Shown piece by piece: positions 16,980 to 26,708 of a stretch of DNA of 54,617 bases; position 1 is the first letter of the stretch, and each line of letters starts with the position of its first letter. A program made the position numbers and the translations under genes. Location: positions 1 to 54,617 of the IMG/VR virus record IMGVR_UViG_3300031949_000858; one strand, given 5' to 3'. A model generated the notes under the pieces. That model made no database searches, was not told the DNA's origin, and was given only the letters and a program-made list of their open reading frames with translations. The DNA comes from a virus. Taxonomy: Duplodnaviria; Caudoviricetes.

Positions 16980-18194
16980 ATGAGTAACCGAACGAAAGCG
17001 CTCTTTGCTCTGCTGCTCGCTTTAGGGTGCTCGGTTGCCTACGCGGCGAGCTATAACCGGGTGCCAGGGGCGACGTTTGCGAATGCAGACGCCGCTTGTG
17101 GAAACGAAACCGGGATGACCTGCTGGATCACCGACTGCCTTACCGACGTTTGTTCGGTGGGCGGTGGGTCGATCCAGCAGATGCTGGTGCGGAACGAGGG
17201 TGGTACCTGGGTTCCGAGCGGGATGGGCGCGACGGCGGCTGCCGCTGGAACCACCAGTGACACCTTTACCTTGGATGTCGGGGGGGATGCGTTGGTACTC
17301 TCGCCTCAAGCGGGGGGGCTGACGGTTCAGCGAGCCGCGGCCGGCACCGTTACCCTGACCAGTGCCGATGATGATGCGACGGCGGCTCTGACCGTCGACC
17401 CGGGCGGGAACGCAGCCCTTACACTCGGTAGCGCAAGCGACACCCTTGTAGTTCCCGTTACGGCGGGAATTGCCCTTTCGGGTGCCGAGTCGATTTCGAA
17501 CGGGACTGCCGGGACGATCACTCTTGGTAGGGACGACGCTGGGGTTGTTTCGGTTATCTGTAAGGATGACGACGCAACGGCAGGTTGTACCTATGACGCG
17601 GGTGGTGCAGCGCCGATTGTAGTGGGCTCGGCCGACGTGACCACCGTTACGGTTACGACCGATGGAACGGGGAACGCCGAGCTGGTTCTCCCGGATAGCT
17701 CGGTTGGGCAGGATGAAGTCGGTGGGGTCCTCTATAAGGAAGCGGTCTTCTGCGGCGATCTGCCGAACAACACGACCAACTGGGCCAGTCCGGCAACGGG
17801 CTACCCGAGCGCGCCGTTCTACGCCGCTACGCTGACCGGGAATGATCTCGGGTATGAGCTAGCGGGGACTGGATGTGCGGCGGAAGACGACACTACCGAA
17901 GCGACGGCCGACGAGATCATGTTTACTGGTATCGCTGCCAAGGTGCATGGTCTCTATTGTAGGGTGAGTGGGAGCGGGTCGAATGGTGTTGTGTTCACGA
18001 TTCGGAGTGCTGCTGCGGGCTTGACGCCAGCAGTTACCTGTACTGTTGCGACTGCGACGACTGAGTGCGCCGTAGCGACCCCGACGACTACTGATATCGC
18101 AGCGAACGCTACCTGGGCCGTTCAAGCAGTTTCGACCGAGGATCTCTCCGCACAAGATTATTGGTGCTCGGTTACCTTTAGTCTGCAGCCGTAA
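16980..18194 (+). CDS. Cys/Thr-rich virion-module protein with predicted signal peptide
   Basis: MSNRTK-ALFALLLALGCSV-AYA|A; beta-rich, many Cys. Confidence 0.75.
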   Translation: MSNRTKALFALLLALGCSVAYAASYNRVPGATFANADAACGNETGMTCWITDCLTDVCSVGGGSIQQMLVRNEGGTWVPSGMGATAAAAGTTSDTFTLDVGGDALVLSPQAGGLTVQRAAAGTVTLTSADDDATAALTVDPGGNAALTLGSASDTLVVPVTAGIALSGAESISNGTAGTITLGRDDAGVVSVICKDDDATAGCTYDAGGAAPIVVGSADVTTVTVTTDGTGNAELVLPDSSVGQDEVGGVLYKEAVFCGDLPNNTTNWASPATGYPSAPFYAATLTGNDLGYELAGTGCAAEDDTTEATADEIMFTGIAAKVHGLYCRVSGSGSNGVVFTIRSAAAGLTPAVTCTVATATTECAVATPTTTDIAANATWAVQAVSTEDLSAQDYWCSVTFSLQP

Positions 18195-18204
18195 TGAGGA
18201 AACC

Positions 18205-19116
18205 ATGAACAGCGAATACGAGCGCTTCGAGTTCGATAGCCCGAACGGGATCGCCCAGCCGGGCCGAACGGCGATGATCCTCGGAAAATACCTCGGGATG
18301 CCTGTAGGCGCTGAGATTGCGGATCGCTGGTATCTGCGGAAGTGGGATGCGGGAGACCCGATTGGCCAGGAGCAGTTCGTCAATGCTCCGGCGATGCCCG
18401 ACGAGACCATGGCGGGGACCGAGTGGGTGCATACACAGGTTACGGGTTCGACCGTGACAGTGGTCGATACGGGCTTTCCGGCGTACCTGAGAATCCTGAC
18501 CGGCGCAGGCGATGGTCAGGGCCAGCAGATGCAGGCTATCAAGGGCGCTACGGGTAACACCAAGCTCATGTTCGACACCAGCACGATGGATGAAATGTTT
18601 TTCTCCATCATGTTCCGGCTGGTCGACGCGAATAACAACCTCGCGACGGTTCAACAGTCGAAGCTCTTCTTCGGCTTTGCCCCGGTAGACACGTCGATCC
18701 TGACCGCAGTAGATGACTACATGGGCTTTGTAAAGGACGACGCCAGTGGGCTGATCAAGCTGGTGGCCGATCAGACCAGCGGCGCGCCGGTCTCTGGAGC
18801 CTCTTCGAGCGCCGATGTAATGACCCTCGCTGCGGCTCAGGCAAACAAGTGGATCACCCTGACCTTCCGGGCCAGTAAGCTCAACCGAACGACCCAGAAG
18901 GGCGTGGCCTACGGGTTCGTCGACCTGCATAGCCAGCCAGCGGGAGCGAGCAAGCGAATCGCCACCCACCGAGCCACCCTGAACCTCGGGGCGAACAGCG
19001 ACGTTCCCGGCGCGGCGATGGCGCCTTCGATTGCGTTCCTGGCTGGCGAGGCAACCGCGAAAAACCTCGACATCGCGTACATCATCGCGGGCGGCGCGTA
19101 TCGGCTGGGTGTCTAG
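18205..19116 (+). CDS. Virion structural protein (beta-sandwich-like)
   Basis: 303 aa, GAGG SD, lectin/jelly-roll-like composition. Confidence 0.65.
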   Translation: MNSEYERFEFDSPNGIAQPGRTAMILGKYLGMPVGAEIADRWYLRKWDAGDPIGQEQFVNAPAMPDETMAGTEWVHTQVTGSTVTVVDTGFPAYLRILTGAGDGQGQQMQAIKGATGNTKLMFDTSTMDEMFFSIMFRLVDANNNLATVQQSKLFFGFAPVDTSILTAVDDYMGFVKDDASGLIKLVADQTSGAPVSGASSSADVMTLAAAQANKWITLTFRASKLNRTTQKGVAYGFVDLHSQPAGASKRIATHRATLNLGANSDVPGAAMAPSIAFLAGEATAKNLDIAYIIAGGAYRLGV

Positions 19117-19530
19117 ATGAGTGCGACAAGTCGGGTGACCCAAATTGCGAGCCGCGCTGCAGTCACGGCAGCAAATGACGGGACCGACGGCCCGCTTGCC
19201 GAAATTGGCCTACCAGACGGCGAGCCAGGCTTCTATAACGCGGTTCTACGGGCGACCGAGAACAGCGGAACGGGCGCCCTGACCGTTACGATTCAAGACT
19301 CTCTAGATGGCAATGTACCGTGGTTCGATTGGGTCGCGTTTACCGCAGTAACGGCCAGTGGCGGGGCGCTGGTGGCAACGGGGCCGCTGGCTGTTCCGAT
19401 CAGCGGGGGAACCCTGCCGACTGGCCCGAGAGACCCGCTCCCGTTTCTACGGGTCTCTGACGCTGTAAGCGGCGACGGGAACTATACCTACACGGTCGAC
19501 ATCGCGACTCGAAGGAAGCATTCGTACTAA
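19117..19530 (+). CDS. Virion-module protein
   Basis: LTVTIQDSLDG...W.DW..FT pattern. Confidence 0.65.
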   Translation: MSATSRVTQIASRAAVTAANDGTDGPLAEIGLPDGEPGFYNAVLRATENSGTGALTVTIQDSLDGNVPWFDWVAFTAVTASGGALVATGPLAVPISGGTLPTGPRDPLPFLRVSDAVSGDGNYTYTVDIATRRKHSY

Positions 19531-19540
19531 GCAGGCGCCA

Positions 19541-19825
19541 ATGCCCCCGCGATCCGGTATCACGGTTAGAGGATGGCGAATGGACTGGGCAACAGTTGCA
19601 GCGGTGGCGGCGATGCTTGTTTCGGGGGCGGCCTGGGGTGCAAGGGTCGAGATGCGGCTTTCGGCGTCGGAGAAGCTGACTGTCGATGCCACTACCCGGC
19701 TGGCTTGCCAGATGAAAGAGTTTTCGCAGCTTCTGAACTGGCTCGGCGCAGCCGTGGAAGCGCAGGCGGGACAGCGGCCGGTTCCCCCACGCCCTTTGGT
19801 CATTGAGACTGATTGTGAGCCGTAG
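19541..19825 (+). CDS. Small membrane-anchored protein
   Basis: Hydrophobic WATVAAVAAMLVSGAAWG followed by a coil; true start may be the later Met. Confidence 0.55.
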   Translation: MPPRSGITVRGWRMDWATVAAVAAMLVSGAAWGARVEMRLSASEKLTVDATTRLACQMKEFSQLLNWLGAAVEAQAGQRPVPPRPLVIETDCEP

Positions 19826-20539
19826 ATGGACGCTGTACGAGAGCAGAGCGGCTATTTCAGCGGCTCGCTATGGATCGATGACAGCTCGCTGGTGGAAGAG
19901 GGGGCCGGGAAAGTAGCTGGGCTACGGTTCAGTGGTTTTCCGGCGATCTGTTTACTCGCTAGCCCTCTGCTGACGCTGAACCCGGTTCCGGTCGCCCCGC
20001 AGTTGCCTTGTACGGTGGCGATCTATGCCAGGGGTGGCCAGGTGAGTGGCGCCTGGAGCACTCTGGCGCCCCCGCCGAGTATTGGAGCGCTGGACCCTTT
20101 GAGGGATTTTCTGGTCGCCGAACTCGACCTGGTAGCCCCGGGATCTGCTCTCTATGCGGTGGCGTTGAGTGTTCCAGCGCTGAACAGTGCGAGGAATGCC
20201 GGGACGACACCGGGGGTGAGCTGGGATGGGCTGTTTGCGTTTCATCTACATACGAGAACACAGGACGGAACGGACTTGTTCCTGAATGCGAATACGGAAC
20301 TGTTTGAAGCTGAAGTGGATACGAGAGTCTTTACTGGGATAGAGATTGGTGGAGCGCTTACGAGGATGAGTCAGAGTCGGCCGGATCTTTGTCCGATCTG
20401 TGGGGATGAAACGTTACGGGAGACCTGGGTGTTCTGCGGCTATCACGAACGGATGGAGTGTCCTAGGTGTGCTGATCCAGGGCTGGGCGAGGAGCCGAGC
20501 CGGGGTGGTAGCAGGTTTAGGCTGTTGGGGGAGGACTAG
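19826..20539 (+). CDS. Hypothetical protein with C-terminal Zn ribbon
   Basis: 237 aa; CPIC..CGYH..CPRC. Confidence 0.6.
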   Translation: MDAVREQSGYFSGSLWIDDSSLVEEGAGKVAGLRFSGFPAICLLASPLLTLNPVPVAPQLPCTVAIYARGGQVSGAWSTLAPPPSIGALDPLRDFLVAELDLVAPGSALYAVALSVPALNSARNAGTTPGVSWDGLFAFHLHTRTQDGTDLFLNANTELFEAEVDTRVFTGIEIGGALTRMSQSRPDLCPICGDETLRETWVFCGYHERMECPRCADPGLGEEPSRGGSRFRLLGED

Positions 20540-20543
20540 CTAC

Positions 20544-20981
20544 TTGAGTTTTTTCTTCACCGAGGGAAAGCGCCTAATGCTAACAGGTGGCCTGAACTGG
20601 GCCGCGTTAGATATTAGGATGATGCTAGTTATGACCAATACCACAGCGGATACCCAAGAGGATGTGAACTTTCTATCCGAGATCACGACCCTCGACGAGT
20701 ACGACGGGAGTGGGTATAGCCGGCAGGCACTAGCGACTGAGAGCGTCGACGAAGACCTGACGAATAACCGGGCCGAGGCAAAAAGCGCGACCCCTGTTGC
20801 CTGGACCACAGTCGGCGCGGGGACACGCTCTGCTCAAGCGGCGATTCAATATATTCACGTCGGGGCAGAGAGCGCGAATATCCCGCTTGCGTTTATCGAC
20901 TCGGGCGGCTTTCCGTTCAATGGGTCGGGGAGCAATATCAACGCGAACATGAATGCGGAAGGCTGGTTCCAGGTTACATGA
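20544..20981 (+). CDS. Virion-module protein (tail-fibre-associated type)
   Basis: TTG start after GGAGG; DIRMMLV...E..GSGY.RQAL...PLAFID..GFP...GSNI pattern. Confidence 0.7.
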   Translation: MSFFFTEGKRLMLTGGLNWAALDIRMMLVMTNTTADTQEDVNFLSEITTLDEYDGSGYSRQALATESVDEDLTNNRAEAKSATPVAWTTVGAGTRSAQAAIQYIHVGAESANIPLAFIDSGGFPFNGSGSNINANMNAEGWFQVT

Positions 20982-21304
20982 TGTGCGAGTTGTGTAGGGA
21001 GCGCGAGGCGACCGAGCGGCCGACGCTGGTTGCCTCGCTGCGAAAAGGGATTCCGCTAGAGGGCTTAGTACTTAGTACGTGTGCTGGCTGCTCGGGGCGG
21101 GGCTTTGTGCTGCTCTTCGAGCGAATGGCGCTGGTCGTAGCGGACATCCCCCGGCGCCGGAAGATCCTTGCCCTGAACGACGAGCTGAAGGAACTGACCG
21201 ATCCGGCCGCTGTTCGGGCGAACCGAGCAAAAAAGTCCAAGCTAGCCCTTCTGAAGGGGGTGGATCTTAGTTTGGTGAAAGAGCTATTGGACCCGGTGGA
21301 GTAG
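20978..21304 (+). CDS. Zn-binding hypothetical protein
   Basis: CELC...CAGC. Confidence 0.6.
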   Translation: MMCELCREREATERPTLVASLRKGIPLEGLVLSTCAGCSGRGFVLLFERMALVVADIPRRRKILALNDELKELTDPAAVRANRAKKSKLALLKGVDLSLVKELLDPVE

Positions 21305-21307
21305 AAC

Positions 21308-21808
21308 GTGGCCACGACAACAGTTTGTGACGTATGCCGGAAAGCCCCTGCGCTTGGCGCAGTTAGAGTAAGTATAGAGATTGATGGGGCGGTGCTGGGA
21401 ACCCGGGTAACGGGGCGGCTTGAGCAGCTAGACGCTTGCCAGGAGTGTCGAGAGTCGGCGGTAGAGCAAAGCTACCAGAAAGCCCGGTCGACCCTGCTAA
21501 AGCATATCCCCGCGCAGGGAGAGCTGCTTGGCCTGAACGAGCGGCTGAGAGCCCTGCGAACGGAGCGGACCGAACAGTCGAACGCAGCCGGCGCCCTTGA
21601 GGTAGAGATCGGAAGCCAGCTTCGGCGAGTGCAGGAGCTGCAGGCTCGAAAGGCGCCGGAAGCCCAGCTTGAAGGCGCCCGCGAGGCACTCGAGCGGCTC
21701 CGAGAGGACCACCGCGGGCGGCTGGCGGCTGTAGAGCAGGTGTCAGAGCAGATCGAGCCGGTCGAGAAGCGCCGGAACGCTCTAAGGGTGGAGACTAGCA
21801 GTGTCTGA
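21308..21808 (+). CDS. Zn-finger plus coiled-coil protein
   Basis: CDVC...CQEC followed by heptad repeats. Confidence 0.6.
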   Translation: MATTTVCDVCRKAPALGAVRVSIEIDGAVLGTRVTGRLEQLDACQECRESAVEQSYQKARSTLLKHIPAQGELLGLNERLRALRTERTEQSNAAGALEVEIGSQLRRVQELQARKAPEAQLEGAREALERLREDHRGRLAAVEQVSEQIEPVEKRRNALRVETSSV

Positions 21809-22538
21809 CTCGTCGGTTGTTCTGAACCCGGGAACCGGCGGGGATTCCCTCGACGCTGAGCTGATCGGCTCGCTCAAGCGAGAGCGCCACCAGATCGGGG
21901 GAGCGGCTCTCGCTGAAATTGTCCGGGTGAAGAACACGATTGCTGCGTACACCGACTACGGGGCGGTGGTTCGGGTGGCGCCGGTTCGGAACGTGGCGGG
22001 GGCGTACTTTTTTTCGGGTGCGCTGGTCTCGGTCGCCGCTGCTGCGCAGAATGGAACGAGTACCGGAGCGCTCTGGCTGCAGGTGCCGGTAGGGAACGCG
22101 AAGAATGCCCGCCTTCGTTATCTGCTGATCCAGGTTACGTATGGTGCGACGCTGATTGACGTTCTTTCGGTTCCGTTGATTGCGTTTACGCGGTTTACGT
22201 TTACTGGGACGGCGAGCGGCGCACAGCTAACGGTCGGGAAGCGGAAGTCCACCGATGCGGCGAATACGGCCACGGCGCGAACGGCGGTGACCGGGATGAC
22301 TGTTTCGCTCGCTGGCGAACTTGGGCATGTACAGGTGCCAGCGGCGGAGATTGTGGGCACGACTAGCTCGGGCGGCTTTTCGCTCGTTCGAGACTTTCTC
22401 TTCGCCCCGAAGAGCGAAGATGACTTCGCCGACTTAGGGGCCGGAGAAGGGGTGGTGATCTATCAGGTAACGGCGGGGACGACGAGCGATGTGAGGCGGT
22501 TTACCGTTCAAGGGATCTTCGACGAGTACACACCGTAA
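21801..22538 (+). CDS. Virion-module protein, paralog 1
   Basis: Strongly similar to the next gene (GGDSLDAELIGS, RFTFTGTASG, GKRKSTDAANT, FDEYTP). Confidence 0.75.
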   Translation: MSDSSVVLNPGTGGDSLDAELIGSLKRERHQIGGAALAEIVRVKNTIAAYTDYGAVVRVAPVRNVAGAYFFSGALVSVAAAAQNGTSTGALWLQVPVGNAKNARLRYLLIQVTYGATLIDVLSVPLIAFTRFTFTGTASGAQLTVGKRKSTDAANTATARTAVTGMTVSLAGELGHVQVPAAEIVGTTSSGGFSLVRDFLFAPKSEDDFADLGAGEGVVIYQVTAGTTSDVRRFTVQGIFDEYTP

Positions 22539-23293
22539 TGTCGGATAGTACGCTGACGATTGGGGGGAGTGGCGGCGACTCGTTAGACGCTGAGCTGATT
22601 GGCTCGGTGAAGCGCTTCCGGCCGCAGATTGGCGGGGCGGCGCTCGCTGAGCTGTTGAACGTGCGGAACGTGAAGGCGGTCTCGGCCGATTATGGCGCGG
22701 TGGTTCGGCCGGTTCCAGCCCGGGACCTGGCGGGTGTCTACGGGTTCTCGGATCGAGTGGTCGCTGTGAGAGCAGCAGCGGATAACGGGACGACTACCGG
22801 GACGCTCTGGTGGGAGAACCCAGTAGCGGGGGCGAAGAACGCCCGACTGCGAAGGTTCTCGCTTATGTTTACACATGCTGCGGCGATAGCAGATACCCTT
22901 TCGGTTCCGCTGCTTACTGTAGCGCGGTTTACGTTTACCGGGACTGCGAGTGGAACTGTTCTGGCGGTGGGGAAGAGGAAGTCGACTGACGCAGCGAATA
23001 CAACGAACTGGCGAATCGCCTCGACAGGGATGACGGTTTCGTTGGTGGCGAGCCTGCTACACGGGCAAGCGCCTGCGCTGGAGCTGGTGGGTACGACGAC
23101 GACGGGGGCATTTTCGCTTGGAACTGGTCGCGTTGGAAAGGCCCGCTCGTTTACCTTCGCCCCGGATAACGAGGACGACTATATCGACATTGCTCCTGGA
23201 GAGGGAGTAGTGGTTTATCAGAGTACGGCGGGGACTACAGCGGATAAGCGTTCCTACAGCATTTCAGGTGTGTTCGATGAATACACTCCATAG
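22538..23293 (+). CDS. Virion-module protein, paralog 2
   Basis: Tandem paralog of 21801-22538. Confidence 0.75.
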   Translation: MSDSTLTIGGSGGDSLDAELIGSVKRFRPQIGGAALAELLNVRNVKAVSADYGAVVRPVPARDLAGVYGFSDRVVAVRAAADNGTTTGTLWWENPVAGAKNARLRRFSLMFTHAAAIADTLSVPLLTVARFTFTGTASGTVLAVGKRKSTDAANTTNWRIASTGMTVSLVASLLHGQAPALELVGTTTTGAFSLGTGRVGKARSFTFAPDNEDDYIDIAPGEGVVVYQSTAGTTADKRSYSISGVFDEYTP

Positions 23294-23305
23294 CGAGGTG
23301 GGCTC

Positions 23306-23638
23306 TTGGCGGTTCCACTGAGAGACGTTGCCACCTATACAGGGGCGCAGACTGACGCAGTACTAAGGGCTACTGCTGCTGGCGTTATGACTAAGGTCAT
23401 GCAGTTGTCGATCAAGACCAGTTATGCCTGTACGGTAAATACAGACGTAACTATCGAGTGGGATGACGGAACAGATATTGTACTGGAAAAGTGGGAAGGC
23501 ATTCCACCCGGTGGTGGGATTGCCTGCGATATTGGAATAGAAGGCGGCGACGGAATGGATGTGTTGGCTACTTGCACCGCGCCGACGGGGGGAAGTGTAG
23601 TGATTTCGATTTCTAGCACCCAGCGAGCTTCGGCTTAG
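23306..23638 (+). CDS. Small beta-rich virion-module protein
   Basis: TTG start after GAGGT. Confidence 0.6.
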   Translation: MAVPLRDVATYTGAQTDAVLRATAAGVMTKVMQLSIKTSYACTVNTDVTIEWDDGTDIVLEKWEGIPPGGGIACDIGIEGGDGMDVLATCTAPTGGSVVISISSTQRASA

Positions 23639-23640
23639 CA

Positions 23641-24081
23641 ATGGAGACAGGGGCTTTCTGGAAGCGGATGGTGGGCGAAGGTATTGGCGATGCAACGCCG
23701 ATTGATGAAGCGAAGATTCCGGCCAGCTTGTTCCGCTGCGTGACAATGGACCGAGCGATCGGAGTAAACGGGATCACCATTGCGAATGCCCGGATCTACC
23801 TACGGCTGTTGCCGGGGACTACTGCGCTAACCGAATTCAATGATCTAGTGGACTCAATTGCCAATATCACAAATGCGAACTCCGACGTTCAGCGCGGCCG
23901 GCGGCAGGTGGTGTCGGAAACCGTTTCGATCGGCGCCGAGCTGGCTGAGCGGGGAACGAAAATCGGCGGCGGCGTGAACCCGTACGAGACGGGAGAAGCC
24001 CTTCGCCTGCGCACCAAGGCGCTGATTATCGCGCTGGCGCCCGCCGGTGCTGGGGCCCTGGTTGGAAGTATGGCGGTGTAG
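23641..24081 (+). CDS. Hypothetical protein
   Basis: 146 aa in operon. Confidence 0.6.
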   Translation: METGAFWKRMVGEGIGDATPIDEAKIPASLFRCVTMDRAIGVNGITIANARIYLRLLPGTTALTEFNDLVDSIANITNANSDVQRGRRQVVSETVSIGAELAERGTKIGGGVNPYETGEALRLRTKALIIALAPAGAGALVGSMAV

Positions 24082-24082
24082 G

Positions 24083-25327
24083 GTGTCGCTGCTGGCGGTG
24101 GTAGAGCAGTTCAATGTCGATACCGGGGCGGCCGGAACAAATTACGACCGCTCCCACGCCTTCCCTAGCAAGGCGCTGCTTGCTCTGACTATGGGCTATC
24201 CGGTGGATTATGACATTGCCGCCACGTGGACCCCCCGGCGGTCGATTGGGTTCGCTGCGAGTACTAGCAGCCGCTGGATGGCCTGCTCACAGTCAGTCTA
24301 CGGGGCGGGGACCAGCGCGACCGATAAGATGCAGCGGGCAGACGCGATTCTAGGAACGCTGACGACTGCTGGCGCCCTTGAAGCTCTACTCGACGTAACG
24401 AACATGAGTGGGGCTCCGACCCGCTTTACGGTGGACGATGCGTTTGTCGATGCGATCAAGGTTGGGCTGGCTGGGATCGGCGGGGCTGATATACAAAATG
24501 TGGCTGTAGGGGGGTTTGATCAGGCGACGGGGACCGGCGATAACGACATTACGACGGTTGGGTTCCAGCCGGATTTTGTTCTCTGTATCAGCCCGTATTG
24601 TATTGCGCCGGAGCCAGATATCCGAACCGGCTCAGCCATCATGGTGTCGGCTTGCGACGCTGCCTTGAACCAATGGGTCTGCGGGACCCGAGCGCTTGAC
24701 GCTGCAGGGACCAGTGATACCGGTCGGTATATGAGGAAGGATCAGTTTATTGGAGTGATCACTACCGCGGCTGGGTTGGGTACTTGTTTAGTCCGGGCTT
24801 CGCTGACTGCTATGTTGTCGAATGGATTCCGGCTGAATTACATCGAGACCGATGCGACGGTTCGGCGGTTTGGGTATTTAGCCATCAAGGGTGGCAAGTG
24901 GCGGGTTGGCAATGTTAGAACTGTGAATGACACGTCAACGCCGATTGTGGCTAGTCCTGGCTTCAAGCCGGTAGTGGGGATGCTGGTCTCGACTGGAGCG
25001 GTAGAGAGTACCGACGACACTCCAACGGCGCATGATGCCGTCAGTATAGGGATGTTTACTGGTGTTGCTGCGCGCGCCACATATGGGCAGCTTGACCAGG
25101 ATGCGTTAGCGACAACCGATACTTCGATCTTTCAAGAGAGTGACGAAACGTATTGCCGTACCGGGATTTCAGCAAGTGGTGTTCTAGACAGCTACATGGA
25201 TATTACCGCGGTAGGGCCGAAAGGCTTTGATTCGCTCATGGAGCTAAACCACGCGACGCTTGCAGATATTGGTTACTGGGTTGCGGGGAGCAACCGGCGG
25301 GGGATTGTTGGCGCGGGGATGTTTTAG
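24083..25327 (+). CDS. Putative tail fibre / receptor-binding protein
   Basis: GTG at 24083; internal repeats with ITTVGFQPDFV and SPGFKPVVG, GFRLN motifs. Confidence 0.65.
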   Translation: MSLLAVVEQFNVDTGAAGTNYDRSHAFPSKALLALTMGYPVDYDIAATWTPRRSIGFAASTSSRWMACSQSVYGAGTSATDKMQRADAILGTLTTAGALEALLDVTNMSGAPTRFTVDDAFVDAIKVGLAGIGGADIQNVAVGGFDQATGTGDNDITTVGFQPDFVLCISPYCIAPEPDIRTGSAIMVSACDAALNQWVCGTRALDAAGTSDTGRYMRKDQFIGVITTAAGLGTCLVRASLTAMLSNGFRLNYIETDATVRRFGYLAIKGGKWRVGNVRTVNDTSTPIVASPGFKPVVGMLVSTGAVESTDDTPTAHDAVSIGMFTGVAARATYGQLDQDALATTDTSIFQESDETYCRTGISASGVLDSYMDITAVGPKGFDSLMELNHATLADIGYWVAGSNRRGIVGAGMF

Positions 25328-25329
25328 CT

Positions 25330-25746
25330 GTGCCGAGTGTTGCGGCAGTTAACTTGAACTTAGGGACCGTTACATTGTCGCCTTCGCCAGTCGTTGTGCC
25401 AGTAGTCATTCCCGCTCCGGCATTCATGGTAGATGTACTGCTGCAGCCCAGTCCGATAACGGTACCGATTGTAGTTCCCGCTGTTCTACTCGATGCGCCG
25501 ATGGCACTTTCCCCCGATCCAGTACCCGTGCCGATGGTGGTTCTGGTTCCGCTGGTTGAGCTGGACTTCTTCGGGGTGGCTTACCTTCCGCTAGGGGATG
25601 GCCAGCTCGTTACCCCAGTGGGAGAGAGCCGAACCTTTCTAGTGGAGGGAGAGAGCCGAACGCGTCTACCGCGGGGCGAGAGCCGAACCGGCCGCCCTGC
25701 TGGACAGAGCCGAATGATTCGAGCGAGGGCACCCCGTGGCAATTGA
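25330..25746 (+). CDS. Pro/Val-rich virion-module protein
   Basis: PSPVVVPVVIPA repeats; GESRT repeats at the C-terminus. Confidence 0.6.
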   Translation: MPSVAAVNLNLGTVTLSPSPVVVPVVIPAPAFMVDVLLQPSPITVPIVVPAVLLDAPMALSPDPVPVPMVVLVPLVELDFFGVAYLPLGDGQLVTPVGESRTFLVEGESRTRLPRGESRTGRPAGQSRMIRARAPRGN

Positions 25747-26050
25747 AGGTGTGTGGGAGAGGGCGAAAGACCCCTCCGAATTGCTTGACTACTCAGTCGA
25801 CTTCACCGAACTCTGTGTCGATACCGACGACAACGAGAACGGTGAAGTAATCCAGTCGTCTGTCTGGACGCCGGATAGTCCCGATCTAGTGGTACTTCAA
25901 ACTGTTGAGGCTGGAAAGGTGAGCAGTGCCTTTTTCTCCGGCGGTATCGACGGGGCTTCTTATGACGTCAATGTTCATGTAACGACAGATGAGGCGGGGA
26001 CGGCTCGGCAACACGAGCGAACGTATCGGCTGATTGTGAGGTCTCGGTAA
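25736..26050 (+). CDS. Putative fibre-tail adaptor protein
   Basis: KDPSELLDYSVDF...FSGG.DG..Y.V...VTT..R..ERT. Confidence 0.7.
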   Translation: MAIEGVWERAKDPSELLDYSVDFTELCVDTDDNENGEVIQSSVWTPDSPDLVVLQTVEAGKVSSAFFSGGIDGASYDVNVHVTTDEAGTARQHERTYRLIVRSR

Positions 26051-26706
26051 TGGGCCTAATGCTGCTCAGTGAAATGCAAACAGACATCCGGCTTCAGCTC
26101 GGGCAGCGAACCAATGTGGACCCTTCGACCGTCGCGGGGCTGTTTCGGCTGAGGCTATGGATCAACCGAGCGAACCGCTGGATGTGTAACCCGAGTGTGT
26201 TTCGGCATCCGGGGATGAAAAAGAATGCACCGATCGTTCTCGATCAGGCGCTAACCCGGTATCCGCTTCCGGCAAACTTATTCGCTATTCGTTTTGTAAT
26301 CAACGAAACGAAAGGGGACGAGTATGACCCCGAGAAGGAACACTCGATCCTTGAAAGTACGAGCCGAGAACGCCGCTTCGCCCGAGACGGAACCGATATT
26401 ATTCTCCGGGTCACCGAAGCAAGCGACGGCGATACGCTTCGAGTGTACTACTGGGCGAAGCCGAAGTTGCTCTCGGACGACGGCCACCGAACCGAAGTAG
26501 AAGAGTACTTCGACGAAGTGTTGGTCCAGCGGGCGACTGGAGCGGGCTGCGCTGCGCTTGGGCAGGTTCAGCGCGCCGATTACTTCAACGCTCACGCCGC
26601 TCAGCTCGTGAACGAAATGCGAGAGGCCGAAGTGTTCGAAGCGCTTAACGAGGGTTGGGAGAACGATCTCCGCAACCGAGACCCCTACCAGCGATGGAGC
26701 CGCTAG
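26050..26706 (+). CDS. Head-tail adaptor (tail tubular protein A-like)
   Basis: L..WINRA, Y.LP, LRVYY...P..LSDD; position. Confidence 0.7.
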   Translation: MGLMLLSEMQTDIRLQLGQRTNVDPSTVAGLFRLRLWINRANRWMCNPSVFRHPGMKKNAPIVLDQALTRYPLPANLFAIRFVINETKGDEYDPEKEHSILESTSRERRFARDGTDIILRVTEASDGDTLRVYYWAKPKLLSDDGHRTEVEEYFDEVLVQRATGAGCAALGQVQRADYFNAHAAQLVNEMREAEVFEALNEGWENDLRNRDPYQRWSR

Positions 26707-26708
26707 CC

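Noticed and set aside
16947-16982. Programmed frameshift fusing the capsid to the downstream protein
   Set aside because: No slippery heptamer seen; the downstream gene has its own SD, ATG and signal peptide
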